Shown piece by piece: positions 23,346 to 36,024 of a stretch of 64,000 nucleotides of DNA (position 1 is the first letter of the stretch; each line of letters starts with the position of its first letter). The DNA comes from Escherichia coli 042. GTDB lineage: Bacteria > Pseudomonadota > Gammaproteobacteria > Enterobacterales > Enterobacteriaceae. The notes beneath the pieces were generated by a model. The model had not been told where the DNA came from. It did not search any database and was given only the letters and a program-made list of their open reading frames with translations. Where the stretch lies: NCBI RefSeq assembly GCF_000027125.1, contig NC_017626.1; one strand, given 5' to 3'. Position numbers and translations under genes: made by a program.

Positions 23346-24131
23346 TTAAATCTCAACGTCGCGGTTGCAATCTTTTGAGTAAATATAACTAAACGCTTCA
23401 CCACGCCCTACGCCATAACCGGCCTGTAAGGAATAAGCGCCCATAAAGATGTAATCGCCTTTTTTCACCGGGATCCAGTTATTGTCGAGGTTATAAACCC
23501 CCTGACCGGAAAGAATATAGGCACCGTGTTCCTGGACGTGAGTTTCGATATAACCGTGGCTGGCACCTGGCGCAAAAGAGAGGATATGCATGTTCATATC
23601 AAAACCTAACTCTTTGGGCAGAAAATCCAGCAGAATAACATCGTCCATGCCTTCATAATGAATGCGTTCGAGTTCGCTGGCATTGCCAGAAACCAGCCAC
23701 GGCGCATGACCTTCTACCGGAACATAGCGACGCTTATATAAAAAGATTTGGCTGTCTTCGGCCTGGGCGTTAACAAACGTCATTAAGGAGCCTGGTGGGC
23801 AATAAAGATAGCCACCTTCGCTTAAGGCAAATGTTTTACCTTCGGCTTTGGCAGTGATATTTCCAGAGATCACATACAGGAACGTTTCAATGCCTTCGCC
23901 CCCGAAGCCCTGTTGGTTGCCACCGTTTTGATGCAGTGTGACCAGATAATCAACAAAAGAGGCACCCAGCTTTGGCGTGGAGAGGATTGTCGCGTCACAA
24001 TTTTCAAAGCCCGGAATAATATTTTTTACCAGACCGTCCGGGGTTAGCAGCGCGAAATTACCGTGTTTCACAATCGCACGGTTAGCCAGTAAATCATCGC
24101 GGTAACCGGTGACGTTATTTAAATATCCCAT
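23346..24131 (-). CDS. allE: (S)-ureidoglycine aminohydrolase (bicupin)
   Basis: 261 aa; cotranscribed position with allC and allD. Confidence 0.85.
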   Translation of the reverse strand: MGYLNNVTGYRDDLLANRAIVKHGNFALLTPDGLVKNIIPGFENCDATILSTPKLGASFVDYLVTLHQNGGNQQGFGGEGIETFLYVISGNITAKAEGKTFALSEGGYLYCPPGSLMTFVNAQAEDSQIFLYKRRYVPVEGHAPWLVSGNASELERIHYEGMDDVILLDFLPKELGFDMNMHILSFAPGASHGYIETHVQEHGAYILSGQGVYNLDNNWIPVKKGDYIFMGAYSLQAGYGVGRGEAFSYIYSKDCNRDVEI

Positions 24132-24141
24132 TTATAACTCC

Positions 24142-25377
24142 TTATTTCTGCCAGGCAAGTTGATAAAGCATGAGTGCCAACGTTTTGACCCCTTCGGCAA
24201 GGTCGGTAATATTGGTGCGTTCTGCCGGGTTATGGCTGATCCCGTTGATGCTGGGGATAAAAATCATGCAGGTCGGCACGCGCGGCGCGAAAATTTGTGC
24301 GTCGTGCCCGGCACCACTGTGCATCACCCGGTAATTCAGTTTTTCGCGTTCACACAATTCTGTCAGGGTGGCGACCAGTTCCTTGTTCATCGGCACGGGT
24401 TCTTCGTCCATCCATAAATCGATATCAATACCAATGTCCATTTCATCGCAAATCGCCCGCATGTCGTTTTCTAACTGTTGGGTGAAATCGCGCAGCACGG
24501 CAGCATCGGTATGGCGACAATCAATGGTGAACGTGGTTTTACCCGGCACCACATTCACCGTATTCGGGCGCGGCTCTACTTTGCCAAAGGTCAGAACCAG
24601 CGGATCGCCCATCTTTTTCGCTTTTTCGACAGACTGATGGCAAATGCGACTGAAAGCGTAAACCGTATCACGACGATAACCCATCGGCGTGGTGCCTGCA
24701 TGGTTTGATTCGCCGTTCAGCGTCACCGTATAGCGACGCTGCCCGACAATTGCATTCACCACGCCAATTGACTGCCCATTGCTTTCCAGCACACAGCCCT
24801 GTTCAATATGCAGTTCAACAAAGGCTTTAATATCCTGACGCGGAGTTAGTGGGGCGTTCGGCAGAGTAAATCCGCAAGCCTTCATCGCATCGACAAAACT
24901 ATTTCCTTTGGCATCACAGATATTCCGCACGTCGTCAGGATTCGCCAGCCCAAAGATATTTTTACTGCCCCAGAAGACATACGGGAAGCGGCTGCCTTCT
25001 TCTTCTGCCATCGCCACCACTTCGACCGTACGTAACGGCGCGCCGTATTGCGTTTTCAGCCAGTCAATTGCCAGCCACGCCGCCAGCGCGCCGAATTGCC
25101 CGTCGAGGTTACCGCCGTTAACCACGGTATCGATATGCGAACCGCTCAGAACCACTTCTTGTGGATATTCGGTGCCACTCAGGCGACCATATAAATTCCC
25201 CACTTCATCGAAACGTGTTTCCAGCCCGCTTGCTGCCATTCTTTTTTTAAATTGCTGCTGAGTTTCCAGCCATTCCGGCGAATAAAGTAAACGGGTCATC
25301 CCACCCGTTGGGTCAGCGCCAAAAGAGGAAAGCCAGGGCAGCGTTTCTTCTATGGCTTGACGGAAATGTGTAATCAT
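24142..25377 (-). CDS. allC: allantoate amidohydrolase (M20 peptidase family)
   Basis: Start at MITHFRQAIEET gives 411 aa. Confidence 0.9.
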   Translation of the reverse strand: MITHFRQAIEETLPWLSSFGADPTGGMTRLLYSPEWLETQQQFKKRMAASGLETRFDEVGNLYGRLSGTEYPQEVVLSGSHIDTVVNGGNLDGQFGALAAWLAIDWLKTQYGAPLRTVEVVAMAEEEGSRFPYVFWGSKNIFGLANPDDVRNICDAKGNSFVDAMKACGFTLPNAPLTPRQDIKAFVELHIEQGCVLESNGQSIGVVNAIVGQRRYTVTLNGESNHAGTTPMGYRRDTVYAFSRICHQSVEKAKKMGDPLVLTFGKVEPRPNTVNVVPGKTTFTIDCRHTDAAVLRDFTQQLENDMRAICDEMDIGIDIDLWMDEEPVPMNKELVATLTELCEREKLNYRVMHSGAGHDAQIFAPRVPTCMIFIPSINGISHNPAERTNITDLAEGVKTLALMLYQLAWQK

Positions 25378-25398
25378 AAGAAAGTCCTGTCTCAATAA

Positions 25399-26448
25399 TT
25401 ATTGCGCAAAGGGATTTTTCGTTTCGTATGACGTGTTATAAAGCGCGTCAGAAATTAAATACTGGTAAATATCATCAACAATTTCGATGCCTTCGACGGC
25501 GGCTTTGCGTTGTTTAATATCCTGATCCTGTCCGGGATAATAAACCTGGTTAAAACCGGGCGCGGGGGTTATGGCATTTAATTCGCGCATGGTCTGGCTA
25601 AGATGTTGACGGAATAGTTCGCTGGAGGAGAAAAAGTTCGGGTTAATAACGATATGTAATTGCCCCAAATTACGCCCGGCGTGTAAATCGTCATACATCG
25701 AACTAACCTGTCGCCCGAACGGTAAACCGAGTAAGACGCCTGAGAGGACGTCAATCATCATCATCAGGCCATACCCTTTCGGTCCGGCGGCAGGGAGCAG
25801 GGCGTTAACTGCAAATGGATCGGTTGTTGGTGCTCCGTTTTTATCGACCGCCCAGGTATCCGGGATAGACATATTACGCGAGCGGGCGTCGAGCACTTTT
25901 CCCCATGCCTGTACGGTAGTCGCCATATCAAAGGTAAGGATCTCGTCGCCTTCTCCCGGCGCGGCAAAGGCCAGTGGGTTAGTACCGTAGTAAATTTCCG
26001 CGCCGCCAAACGGCACCACCATTGGATCGGACTGGCACATCGAAATGCCAATTAACCCGGCGCGAGCTGCCTGCTGTACAAAATAAGAGATTGCGCCGCT
26101 GTGACCCATCCGGCTGATACCGACCACCGCAACGCCTTTTTGCTGGGCGGTTTTGATGGCATGTTCCATACCCATTTTCGCCGCGACCTGTCCGGCAGCA
26201 TTGTCGGCATGTAAAATTGCCGAACACGGCCCGGTTTCCTCAAGACGAAACTCCGGTTCGCGGTTGGTGCCGCCTTTTGAAATGCGTTCCGCGTAGTATT
26301 CCACGCGCACCGCGCCATGAGAGTGGATCCCTCTGGCATCGGCGTAAACCAATACTTCAGCCACGGTTGCAGCGTGCTCACGTTTTAACCCAGCCTGGCA
26401 GAGTTTATTCTCGATTAGCTGGTGGAGTGTTTCCCGACTGATTTTCAT
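25399..26448 (-). CDS. allD: ureidoglycolate dehydrogenase
   Basis: 349 aa; Ldh-2-type oxidoreductase. Confidence 0.9.
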   Translation of the reverse strand: MKISRETLHQLIENKLCQAGLKREHAATVAEVLVYADARGIHSHGAVRVEYYAERISKGGTNREPEFRLEETGPCSAILHADNAAGQVAAKMGMEHAIKTAQQKGVAVVGISRMGHSGAISYFVQQAARAGLIGISMCQSDPMVVPFGGAEIYYGTNPLAFAAPGEGDEILTFDMATTVQAWGKVLDARSRNMSIPDTWAVDKNGAPTTDPFAVNALLPAAGPKGYGLMMMIDVLSGVLLGLPFGRQVSSMYDDLHAGRNLGQLHIVINPNFFSSSELFRQHLSQTMRELNAITPAPGFNQVYYPGQDQDIKQRKAAVEGIEIVDDIYQYLISDALYNTSYETKNPFAQ

Positions 26449-26764
26449 CTGTCTTCCTTTTTAACGACGGTGTGAAGCATGACTGCAATTAACATACAGG
26501 GAAAATATCTGGATTATGTGATCCAGACAGGCAAAAAAATATAGTTAGAATTTATTTGATAATCCGCTCGCTTTTAACCTGGTTTTTAAAACAACCACGC
26601 TTATTAAAAAATAACACGTAATAGCCTGGCGGTTATTTGAATTCTTTTGTTAATAATCCCTATGTGATATTCATCACCTTATTTACTCGTTGTCATCGAT
26701 ACCGTAATCGCCACATTAACACTGCTCGTGCAATTGCCATGGGTGCAATTTTTAAGGAGTTGTT

Positions 26765-28432
26765 ATGATCCACGCCTTTATTAAAAAAGGGTGTTTTCAG
26801 GATTCGGTCAGTTTAATGATTATTTCACGAAAACTCAGCGAATCAGAAAATGTTGATGATGTTTCCGTAATGATGGGTACGCCCGCCAATAAAGCGTTAT
26901 TAGATACCACAGGTTTCTGGCATGACGATTTTAATAACGCCACGCCGAACGATATTTGCGTGGCAATTCGTAGCGAAGCGGCGGATGCGGGGATCGCGCA
27001 GGCGATTATGCAACAGCTTGAAGAGGCGCTAAAACAACTGGCGCAGGGTTCAGGCAGCAGCCAGGCGTTGACGCAGGTGCGTCGCTGGGACAGTGCCTGT
27101 CAGAAATTACCCGACGCCAGTCTGGCGCTGATTTCAGTGGCTGGCGAGTATGCGGCGGAGCTGGCGAATCAGGCGCTGGATCGCAACCTCAACGTGATGA
27201 TGTTCTCTGATAACGTCACGCTGGAAGATGAAATCCAACTTAAAACCCGCGCGCGGGAAAAAGGCTTGCTGGTGATGGGGCCGGACTGCGGTACGTCGAT
27301 GATTGCCGGCACGCCGCTGGCTTTTGCTAACGTGATGCCGGAAGGCAACATTGGCGTCATTGGCGCTTCCGGTACCGGGATTCAGGAGCTGTGCTCACAG
27401 ATTGCGCTGGCAGGGGAGGGAATTACCCACGCGATTGGTCTTGGCGGGCGCGACCTCAGCCGTGAAGTGGGCGGCATCAGTGCGCTAACGGCGCTGGAAA
27501 TGCTCAGCGCAGACGAGAAAAGCGAAGTGCTGGCATTTGTTTCAAAACCACCTGCCGAAGCTGTGCGTCTGAAAATTGTTAATGCCATGAAAGCAACTGG
27601 CAAACCGACGGTGGCGCTGTTTTTAGGTTATACCCCGGCGGTGGCCCGCGACGAGAATGTCTGGTTTGCCTCCTCGCTTGATGAGGCCGCACGCCTGGCT
27701 TGCCTGCTTTCACGCGTCACGGCGCGACGTAACGCAATAGCACCTGTCAGCAGCGGATTTATTTGCGGTTTGTATACCGGCGGTACGCTGGCTGCTGAAG
27801 CGGCGGGATTACTTGCCGGACACCTTGGCGTGGAAGCCGACGATACCCATCAACATGGCATGATGCTCGACGCCGACGGACATCAGATCCTCGACCTGGG
27901 CGATGATTTTTACACCGTCGGGCGTCCCCATCCGATGATCGACCCGACCTTACGCAACCTGTTAATTGCCGATCTCGGCGCTAAACCGCAAGTGCGCGTG
28001 TTGCTGCTTGATGTCGTGATTGGCTTCGGTGCGACTGCCGATCCTGCCGCCTCGCTGGTGAGCGCCTGGCAAAAAGCCTGTGCCGCGCGTCCAGACAATC
28101 AACCACTGTATGCCATTGCCACGGTGACAGGCACCGAACGTGACCCGCAATGCCGCTCGCAACAAATCGCCACGCTGGAAGATGCGGGGATCGCGGTCGT
28201 GAGTTCGCTGCCGGAAGCCACCTTGCTGGCGGCAGCGTTAATTCATCCGCTCTCGCCTGCCACACAGCAACACACACCGTCATTACTGGAAAACGTCGCC
28301 GTGATTAACATCGGATTACGCAGCTTTGCGCTGGCGCTACAAAGCGCCAGCAAACCGGTTGTGCATTACCAATGGTCGCCAGTCGCCGGCGGCAATAAAA
28401 AACTGGCTCGTTTATTAGAACGTTTGCAATAA
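26765..28432 (+). CDS. fdrA: FdrA (succinyl-CoA synthetase alpha-like CoA-binding protein)
   Basis: 555 aa; preceded by an AT-rich promoter region. Confidence 0.85.
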   Translation: MIHAFIKKGCFQDSVSLMIISRKLSESENVDDVSVMMGTPANKALLDTTGFWHDDFNNATPNDICVAIRSEAADAGIAQAIMQQLEEALKQLAQGSGSSQALTQVRRWDSACQKLPDASLALISVAGEYAAELANQALDRNLNVMMFSDNVTLEDEIQLKTRAREKGLLVMGPDCGTSMIAGTPLAFANVMPEGNIGVIGASGTGIQELCSQIALAGEGITHAIGLGGRDLSREVGGISALTALEMLSADEKSEVLAFVSKPPAEAVRLKIVNAMKATGKPTVALFLGYTPAVARDENVWFASSLDEAARLACLLSRVTARRNAIAPVSSGFICGLYTGGTLAAEAAGLLAGHLGVEADDTHQHGMMLDADGHQILDLGDDFYTVGRPHPMIDPTLRNLLIADLGAKPQVRVLLLDVVIGFGATADPAASLVSAWQKACAARPDNQPLYAIATVTGTERDPQCRSQQIATLEDAGIAVVSSLPEATLLAAALIHPLSPATQQHTPSLLENVAVINIGLRSFALALQSASKPVVHYQWSPVAGGNKKLARLLERLQ

Positions 28433-28441
28433 GGGGTTCCC

Positions 28442-29701
28442 ATGTTTACATCAGTGGCGCAAGCCAATGCTGCGGTTATCGAACAAATTCGTCGTGCTCG
28501 TCCACACTGGCTGGATGTGCAACCGGCTTCTTCACTTATCAGCGAACTAAACGAGGGCAAAACACTGCTTCACGCCGGGCCGCCAATGTGCTGGCAGGAG
28601 ATGACCGGACCCATGAAAGGGGCATGTGTGGGCGCATGTCTGTTTGAAGGCTGGGCGAAAGATGAAGCGCAGGCGCTGGCAATGCTGGATCAGGGGGAAG
28701 TGAACTTCATTCCTTGTCACCATGTGAATGCCGTCGGGCCAATGGGCGGCATTACTTCTGCCAGTATGCCGATGCTGGTGGTCGAGAACGTGACCGACGG
28801 CAACCGGGCGTACTGCAACCTCAACGAAGGTATCGGCAAAGTGATGCGTTTTGGCGCTTACGGCGAAGATGTCCTGACTCGCCATCGCTGGATGCGCGAT
28901 GTGTTAATGCCAGTATTAAGCGCGGCGCTGGGGCGCATGGAGCGCGGTATCGATCTCACCGCGATGATGGCGCAGGGCATTACCATGGGCGATGAGTTCC
29001 ATCAACGCAATATTGCTTCCTCAGCACTGTTAATGCGTACGCTGGCCCCACAAATTGCTCGCCTCGATCATGATAAACAGCACATTGCGGAAGTGATGGA
29101 TTTCCTCAGCGTGACCGATCAGTTCTTCCTCAACCTCGCGATGGCCTACTGCAAGGCGGCGATGGATGCTGGCGCGATGATCCGCTCAGGCAGCATCGTC
29201 ACGGCTATGACCCGCAACGGCAATATGTTCGGGATTCGGGTCAGCGGGCTGGGCGAACGCTGGTTTACTGCGCCTGTAAACACTCCCCAAGGTCTGTTTT
29301 TCACCGGTTTCTCGCAGGAGCAGGCGAACCCGGATATGGGCGATAGCGCAATTACCGAAACCTTTGGTATTGGCGGAGCGGCGATGATCGCAGCGCCTGG
29401 CGTAACGCGCTTTGTCGGTGCGGGTGGCATGGAAGCGGCCAGAGCGGTATCTGAAGAGATGGCGGAAATCTTCCTTGAACGCAATATGCAGTTGCAGATC
29501 CCCGGCTGGGATTTTCAGGGCGCGTGCCTGGGGCTGGATATTCGTCGCGTGGTAGAAACCGGCATTACGCCACTCATCAATACCGGTATCGCCCATAAAG
29601 AGGCGGGGATCGGGCAGATTGGCGCAGGCACTGTGCGGGCACCGCTGGCGTGCTTTGAACAGGCGCTGGAAGCACTGGCTGAAAGCATGGGGATTGGTTG
29701 A
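28442..29701 (+). CDS. ylbE: DUF1116 protein YlbE (intact)
   Basis: 419-aa uninterrupted ORF, 10 bp after fdrA. Confidence 0.8.
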   Translation: MFTSVAQANAAVIEQIRRARPHWLDVQPASSLISELNEGKTLLHAGPPMCWQEMTGPMKGACVGACLFEGWAKDEAQALAMLDQGEVNFIPCHHVNAVGPMGGITSASMPMLVVENVTDGNRAYCNLNEGIGKVMRFGAYGEDVLTRHRWMRDVLMPVLSAALGRMERGIDLTAMMAQGITMGDEFHQRNIASSALLMRTLAPQIARLDHDKQHIAEVMDFLSVTDQFFLNLAMAYCKAAMDAGAMIRSGSIVTAMTRNGNMFGIRVSGLGERWFTAPVNTPQGLFFTGFSQEQANPDMGDSAITETFGIGGAAMIAAPGVTRFVGAGGMEAARAVSEEMAEIFLERNMQLQIPGWDFQGACLGLDIRRVVETGITPLINTGIAHKEAGIGQIGAGTVRAPLACFEQALEALAESMGIG

Positions 29702-29711
29702 GGAACGCACA

Positions 29712-30527
29712 ATGACGATCATCCATCCTCTGCTTGCCAGCCGTAGTGCACCGAATTATCGCCAGTCCTGGCGGTTAGCGGGCGTGTGGCGGCGGGCGAT
29801 TAACCTGATGACGGAAAGCGGTGAATTGTTAACACTGCATCGTCAGGGTAGTGGTTTCGGCCCCGGAGGATGGGTGCTTCGCCGCGCGCAATTCGATGCG
29901 TTATGCGGTGGATTATGCGGCAATGAACAACCGCAGGTTGTGGCACAAGGGATTCGCCTCGGACGTTTCACGGTTAAACAGCCACAGCGTTATTGTTTGC
30001 TGCGTATTACGCCGCCTGCGCATCCTCAACCGCTTGCAGCTGCATGGATGCAACGCGCGGAGGAAACCGGGCTTTTCGGGCCACTGGCGTTGGCGGCAGG
30101 CGATCCGCTTCCTGCTGAATTACGCCAGTTTCGCCACTGTTTTCAGGCCGCGCTCAATGGCGTGAAGACCGACTGGCGGCACTGGCTGGGCAAAGGTCCG
30201 GGATTAACGCCGAGTCATGATGACACGCTGAGCGGAATGCTGCTGGCGGCCTGGTATTATGGCGCTTTAGATACGCGCTCCGGTCGCCAGTTTTTTGCCT
30301 GTTCCGACAATCTTCAACTCGTTACCACAGCGGTGAGCGTCAGTTATTTACGTTATGCCGCGCAAGGATATTTCGCCTCGCCACTCCTGCACTTTGTCCA
30401 TGCTCTGAGTTGCCCGAAACGTACCGCTGTTGCGATTGATTCGCTGCTGGCGCTGGGGCATACGTCAGGGGCAGATACGCTGCTGGGGTTCTGGCTTGGT
30501 CAACAATTATTACAAGGAAAACCATGA
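29712..30527 (+). CDS. ylbF: YlbF (DUF2877)
   Basis: Start at [10 protein letters not shown] gives 271 aa; 4-bp overlap with the next gene. Confidence 0.8.
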   Translation: MTIIHPLLASRSAPNYRQSWRLAGVWRRAINLMTESGELLTLHRQGSGFGPGGWVLRRAQFDALCGGLCGNEQPQVVAQGIRLGRFTVKQPQRYCLLRITPPAHPQPLAAAWMQRAEETGLFGPLALAAGDPLPAELRQFRHCFQAALNGVKTDWRHWLGKGPGLTPSHDDTLSGMLLAAWYYGALDTRSGRQFFACSDNLQLVTTAVSVSYLRYAAQGYFASPLLHFVHALSCPKRTAVAIDSLLALGHTSGADTLLGFWLGQQLLQGKP

Positions 30528-31417
30528 AAACACTGGTTGTGGCTCTTGGGGGCAACGCCTTACTCCAGCGCGGCGAAGCGCTGACGGCAGAAAATCAATA
30601 TCGCAATATTGCCAGTGCTGTACCCGCGTTGACGCGCCTGGCCCGTTCTTATCGGCTGGCGATTGTTCACGGCAACGGGCCGCAGGTGGGGCTGCTGGCG
30701 TTACAGAATCTGGCGTGGAAAGAGGTAGAACCGTATCCGCTGGATGTGCTGGTAGCGGAAAGCCAGGGGATGATTGGCTATATGCTGGCGCAGAGCTTGA
30801 GCGCACAGCCGCAGATGCCGCCTGTCACGACGGTGCTGACGCGCATTGAGGTTTCGCCTGATGATCCGGCGTTTTTGCAGCCAGAGAAGTTTATCGGTCC
30901 GGTTTATCAGCCAGAAGAACAAGAGGCACTGGAAGCGGCTTATGGCTGGCAGATGAAACGTGATGGTAAATATTTGCGCCGGGTGGTGGCGTCTCCGCAA
31001 CCGCGTAAAATTCTCGACAGCGAAGCCATTGAGTTGTTGCTCAAAGAGGGGCATGTGGTGATTTGCAGTGGCGGCGGCGGTGTGCCTGTGACGAAAGACG
31101 GGGCAGGGAGTGAAGCAGTGATTGATAAAGATCTCGCCGCTGCGTTGCTCGCTGCGCAGATTAACGCCGATGGGCTGGTGATCCTCACCGATGCTGACGC
31201 GGTTTATGAAAACTGGGGAACGCCGCAGCAACGCGCCATTCGCCGTGCCACACCGGATGAGTTAGCGCCATTTGCCAAAGCCGATGGTTCGATGGGGCCG
31301 AAGGTAACGGCGGTGAGTGGCTATGTCAGAAGCCGTGGCAAACCTGCGTGGATTGGGGCGTTATCGCGGATTGAAGAGACGCTGGCGGGCGAAGCGGGGA
31401 CCTGTATTTCGCTGTAG
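30524..31417 (+). CDS. ybcF: carbamate kinase-like protein
   Basis: 297 aa; amino-acid kinase fold ([15 protein letters not shown]-terminus). Confidence 0.85.
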   Translation: MKTLVVALGGNALLQRGEALTAENQYRNIASAVPALTRLARSYRLAIVHGNGPQVGLLALQNLAWKEVEPYPLDVLVAESQGMIGYMLAQSLSAQPQMPPVTTVLTRIEVSPDDPAFLQPEKFIGPVYQPEEQEALEAAYGWQMKRDGKYLRRVVASPQPRKILDSEAIELLLKEGHVVICSGGGGVPVTKDGAGSEAVIDKDLAAALLAAQINADGLVILTDADAVYENWGTPQQRAIRRATPDELAPFAKADGSMGPKVTAVSGYVRSRGKPAWIGALSRIEETLAGEAGTCISL

Positions 31418-31535
31418 TCGTAGGCATTAGACATTTGTGCCTGATGCGACGCTTGACGCGTCTTATCAGGCCTACAATGGGTACCGGAGCGTTAAGCCGG
31501 ATAAGGCGTTCACGCCGAATCCGGTAAGAATATGT
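31418..31535. repeat. REP/BIME palindromic units
   Basis: tgcctgatgcgacgcttgacgcgtcttatcaggcctac and gccggataaggcgttcacgccgaatccgg between convergent ybcF and purK. Confidence 0.65.
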
Positions 31536-31543
31536 GCACCAGG

Positions 31544-32611
31544 TTAACTGAACTTACTCTGCGCCCAAATCACGCCACTGGCATACTCCGGCGGCAGCAG
31601 CGGGATTAAGGCTTCCAGCGTCGCGGTCAGACGCGATGTGTCGCTGTCGGTCAAATTCAGATGCCCCACTTTACGCCCCGGACGGACTTCTTTGTCGTAC
31701 CAGTGCAGATGCACTAGCGGCAGTTTCAGCCAGTCATAATTCACATCGCTACCAATCAGGTTGATCATCACCGACGGGCTATTCACTACCGGTTGCGGTA
31801 ACGGCAGATCGGTAATCGCCCGCAGATGCAGCTCAAACTGGCTGATGCTGGCACCGTTTTGTGTCCAGTGACCGCTGTTATGCACACGCGGAGCCAGTTC
31901 GTTGATCAGCAGACCTTGCGGGGTGACAAAACACTCCATCGCCATCACGCCCACATAGCCCAGCTCCTGCATAATCGCCGACAACATCTCTTCAGCTTGT
32001 GCCTGTTGCTGCGCGTTGGCCTGCGGGAAAGCGACGCTGGTGCGTAAAATACCGTCCTGATGCAGGTTATGCGTCAGCGGATAAAATACGGTGCTGCCAT
32101 CAAAGCCGCGCGCACCAACCAGCGACACTTCACCAGAGAAGTTTATGCCCTGCTCGACAATACATTCGCCGTAGGATTCAGCCGGTAACTGTTCGGTTTC
32201 ATCGGCGCGTAAACGCCATTGACCGCGTCCGTCATAGCCACCAGTGCGACGCTTAACAATCGCCAGCTCACCTAAACGATCAAACACCGCAGGCCACTCG
32301 CTGCGATCGGCAAGTAACTGCCACGGTGCGGTCGGTAGGTGAAGCTTGTCGAAAAGCTGCTTCTGAGTCAGACGGTCAGCAATAATCGGGAATACATCGC
32401 GGTTCACAAAGGCCGGATGGCGCGCCAGCTCGCGGGTTAATGCGGTTTCCGGCCAGCGTTCGATCTCAGCGGTAATCACGCTTTGTTGAAAAGGCACCGC
32501 CGCCGGTTCAGCGTCCAGCCCGACTGGCCAGACAGCAATGCCTAACGGTTCGCCTGCCTGGCGCAGCATACGGCCTAACTGCCCGTTACCGAGGACGCAA
32601 ACCTGTTTCAT
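31544..32611 (-). CDS. purK: N5-carboxyaminoimidazole ribonucleotide synthase
   Basis: 355 aa; ATP-grasp; 4-bp overlap with purE. Confidence 0.95.
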   Translation of the reverse strand: MKQVCVLGNGQLGRMLRQAGEPLGIAVWPVGLDAEPAAVPFQQSVITAEIERWPETALTRELARHPAFVNRDVFPIIADRLTQKQLFDKLHLPTAPWQLLADRSEWPAVFDRLGELAIVKRRTGGYDGRGQWRLRADETEQLPAESYGECIVEQGINFSGEVSLVGARGFDGSTVFYPLTHNLHQDGILRTSVAFPQANAQQQAQAEEMLSAIMQELGYVGVMAMECFVTPQGLLINELAPRVHNSGHWTQNGASISQFELHLRAITDLPLPQPVVNSPSVMINLIGSDVNYDWLKLPLVHLHWYDKEVRPGRKVGHLNLTDSDTSRLTATLEALIPLLPPEYASGVIWAQSKFS

Positions 32612-33117
32612 GCCGCACCTCGCGGGTCTGGGTTTTCCAGCACTTCGTCAGTCTGGGCTTTGCGCCAGTCATTCAGACGCTGGTGTAGCTCTTTATCATG
32701 AGTTGCAAGAATTTGTGCTGCCAGTAACGCCGCGTTTGCCGCGCCAGCTTTACCAATCGCCAGTGTACCCACCGGAATGCCGCGCGGCATTTGTACGATG
32801 GAGTAGAGGCTATCGACACCGCTCAGTGCGGCGCTCTGTACTGGCACGCCCAGCACTGGCACCAGCGTTTTGGCGGCAATCATGCCAGGCAGGTGCGCTG
32901 CGCCGCCTGCGCCCGCAATAATCACCTGATAACCGTTCTCTTCGGCACTTTCGGCGAAGCTGAACAGTTTATCGGGGGTGCGGTGAGCAGAAACCACTTC
33001 AACGTGGTGTGGGACATTCAGGATTTCGAAGATTTCGGCGGCGAACTGCATGGTAGCCCAGTCGCTTTTGGACCCCATCACGATGGCGACACGCGCCGGA
33101 TTATTGCGGGAAGACAT
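32608..33117 (-). CDS. purE: N5-CAIR mutase
   Basis: Start at [16 protein letters not shown] gives 169 aa. Confidence 0.95.
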   Translation of the reverse strand: MSSRNNPARVAIVMGSKSDWATMQFAAEIFEILNVPHHVEVVSAHRTPDKLFSFAESAEENGYQVIIAGAGGAAHLPGMIAAKTLVPVLGVPVQSAALSGVDSLYSIVQMPRGIPVGTLAIGKAGAANAALLAAQILATHDKELHQRLNDWRKAQTDEVLENPDPRGAA

Positions 33118-33234
33118 GCGTCTTAAAACTCCTGTGGTGCACAACTCTCGGCTTTAGAGGGCACAGAGAATAGCACGGAAAGAGAGCAAGGAAAACGGTT
33201 GCGTGGCTGTGAAATCAGCAAAGTTGCGGGTTTT

Positions 33235-33957
33235 TTAAAACGGGAAATGAATTAGCTCAACGTCATCCGCCGTGACTTTCACCATTGAACCTTCCGTATG
33301 CCAGGCACCCAGCACGACGCGGAAAGCAGGTTGCTGATTGGCGATAAGTTCATGTACTGCCGGGCGATGGGTATGCCCGTGAATCAGCCATTGCACCTGA
33401 TGTTTTTCCATCGCACTGACCACCGCGTTTTGGTTTACGTCCATGATCGCCAGCGATTTACTGCTGTTGGCTTCTTTGCTGTTCGCTCGCATTCGCGCGG
33501 CAATGCGTTTGCGCACAAACAACGGCAGGGCGAGGAATAGCGTCTGCAGCCACGGCTTGTGGACTTTGGCGCGAAAAGCCTGATAACCCGCGTCATCGGT
33601 GCACAGCGTGTCGCCATGCATAATCAACACCCGACGACCATACAGTTCGAGCACCTTTTCTTCCGGCAATAACGTCATGCCGCTTTCACGGGCAAAGCGT
33701 TTGCCGAGCAGAAAATCACGGTTGCCATGAATGAAATAACAGGGAACGCCGGAATCGGACACCGCTTTGATCGCTGCCGCCATCTGGCGATGGAGTGGGT
33801 TGGGATCGTCGTCGCCAATCCATGCTTCAAACAGATCGCCAAGAATATACAGCGCGTCGGCCTTGCGGGCTTCCCCCGCTAAAAAACGCAGAAAACCGGC
33901 GGTGATCGCCGGTTCTTCCGCGCAGAGATGAAGATCTGCAATAAAGAGTGTCGCCAC
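33235..33957 (-). CDS. lpxH: UDP-2,3-diacylglucosamine hydrolase
   Basis: 240 aa; calcineurin-like metallophosphoesterase motifs (DLHL, GNRD, GHTH). Confidence 0.95.
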   Translation of the reverse strand: MATLFIADLHLCAEEPAITAGFLRFLAGEARKADALYILGDLFEAWIGDDDPNPLHRQMAAAIKAVSDSGVPCYFIHGNRDFLLGKRFARESGMTLLPEEKVLELYGRRVLIMHGDTLCTDDAGYQAFRAKVHKPWLQTLFLALPLFVRKRIAARMRANSKEANSSKSLAIMDVNQNAVVSAMEKHQVQWLIHGHTHRPAVHELIANQQPAFRVVLGAWHTEGSMVKVTADDVELIHFPF

Positions 33958-33959
33958 GA

Positions 33960-34454
33960 TTACTCGCTAACGGTCACGCTTTCAATGATAACGTCTTCTT
34001 TTGGCACGTCCTGGTGCATACCGCTACGACCGGTTGCAACACCTTTGATTTTGTCTACCACGTCCATGCCTTCAACCACTTCAGCAAACACGCAGTAACC
34101 CCAACCTTGCAGGCTTTCGCCAGAGAAGTTCAGGAAGTCGTTATCAACCACGTTGATGAAGAACTGTGCAGTTGCAGAGTGCGGTGCCTGAGTACGGGCC
34201 ATTGCCAGCGTACCACGGGTATTTTTCAGACCGTTGTTGGCTTCGTTTTTGATCGGTTCTTTGGTGGCTTTTTGTTTCATACCCGGTTCAAAACCGCCGC
34301 CCTGAATCATAAAGCCGTTGATAACACGGTGGAAAATGGTGTTGTTGTAAAAACCTTCGCGGCAGTAGTCCAGGAAGTTTTTAACTGTTTCAGGTGCTTT
34401 ATCGTCAAAAGTTTTGATGACAATATCGCCGTGATTGGTGTGGAAAGTAACCAT
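33960..34454 (-). CDS. ppiB: peptidyl-prolyl cis-trans isomerase B (cyclophilin)
   Basis: 164 aa; cyclophilin fold. Confidence 0.95.
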   Translation of the reverse strand: MVTFHTNHGDIVIKTFDDKAPETVKNFLDYCREGFYNNTIFHRVINGFMIQGGGFEPGMKQKATKEPIKNEANNGLKNTRGTLAMARTQAPHSATAQFFINVVDNDFLNFSGESLQGWGYCVFAEVVEGMDVVDKIKGVATGRSGMHQDVPKEDVIIESVTVSE

Positions 34455-34627
34455 TTTTGCATCCTGTTCCGTTTGATTGGTGCTTCAACCCGGTTCGGGT
34501 CATATATAGGGTGGTGTTATAGCATAACCGCACGATCGGATCATCACGCAATGTATGCTGATTCGCGCGGGAAATATGGGTATTATACGCAACTCAATTA
34601 CCCACACATGTCTAAACGGAATCTTCG

Positions 34628-36013
34628 ATGCTAAAAATCTTCAATACTCTGACACGCCAAAAAGAGGAATTTAAGCCTATTCACGCCGGGGAAGTCGGCA
34701 TGTACGTGTGTGGAATCACCGTTTACGATCTCTGTCATATCGGTCACGGGCGTACCTTTGTTGCCTTTGACGTGGTTGCGCGCTATCTGCGTTTCCTCGG
34801 CTATAAGCTGAAGTATGTGCGCAACATTACTGATATCGACGACAAAATCATCAAACGCGCCAATGAAAATGGCGAAAGCTTTGTGGCGCTGGTGGATCGC
34901 ATGATTGCCGAAATGCACAAAGATTTTGATGCTTTGAACATTCTGCGCCCGGATATGGAGCCGCGCGCGACGCACCATATCGCAGAAATTATTGAACTCA
35001 CTGAACAACTGATCGCCAAAGGTCACGCTTATGTGGCGGACAACGGCGACGTGATGTTTGACGTACCGACCGATCCGACATATGGCGTGCTGTCGCGTCA
35101 GGATCTCGACCAGCTGCAGGCCGGCGCGCGCGTTGACGTGGTCGACGACAAACGCAACCCGATGGACTTCGTTCTGTGGAAGATGTCGAAAGAGGGCGAA
35201 CCGAGCTGGCCGTCGCCGTGGGGCGCGGGCCGTCCAGGCTGGCACATTGAATGTTCGGCAATGAACTGCAAGCAGCTGGGTAACCACTTTGATATCCACG
35301 GCGGCGGTTCTGACCTGATGTTCCCACACCACGAAAACGAAATCGCTCAGTCCACCTGTGCTCATGATGGCCAGTATGTGAACTACTGGATGCACTCGGG
35401 GATGGTGATGGTTGACCGCGAGAAGATGTCCAAATCGCTGGGTAACTTCTTTACCGTGCGCGATGTGCTGAAATACTACGACGCGGAAACCGTGCGTTAC
35501 TTCCTGATGTCGGGCCACTATCGCAGCCAGCTTAACTATAGCGAAGAGAACCTGAAGCAGGCGCGTGCGGCGCTGGAGCGTCTCTACACTGCGCTGCGCG
35601 GCACAGATAAAACCGTTGCGCCTGCCGGTGGCGAAGCGTTTGAAGCGCGCTTTATTGAAGCGATGGACGACGATTTCAACACCCCGGAAGCCTATTCCGT
35701 GCTGTTTGATATGGCGCGTGAAGTGAACCGTCTGAAAGCAGAAGATATGGCAGCGGCGAATGCAATGGCATCTCACCTGCGTAAACTTTCCGCTGTATTG
35801 GGCCTGCTGGAGCAAGAACCGGAAGCGTTCCTGCAAAGCGGCGCGCAGGCAGACGACAGCGAAGTGGCTGAGATTGAAGCGTTAATTCAACAGCGTCTGG
35901 ATGCCCGTAAAGCGAAAGACTGGGCGGCGGCAGATGCGGCGCGTGACCGTCTTAACGAGATGGGGATCGTGCTGGAAGATGGCCCGCAAGGGACCACCTG
36001 GCGTCGTAAGTAA
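34628..36013 (+). CDS. cysS: cysteinyl-tRNA synthetase
   Basis: 461 aa; class I HIGH motif (CHIGHGRT) and KMSKS. Confidence 0.95.
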
Positions 36014-36024
36014 TTGCGCTATTG

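Noticed and set aside
34631-35836. 401-aa ORF on the minus strand
   Set aside because: Lies entirely antisense within cysS; long antisense frames are common in GC-biased coding DNA. No RBS or recognisable protein features.
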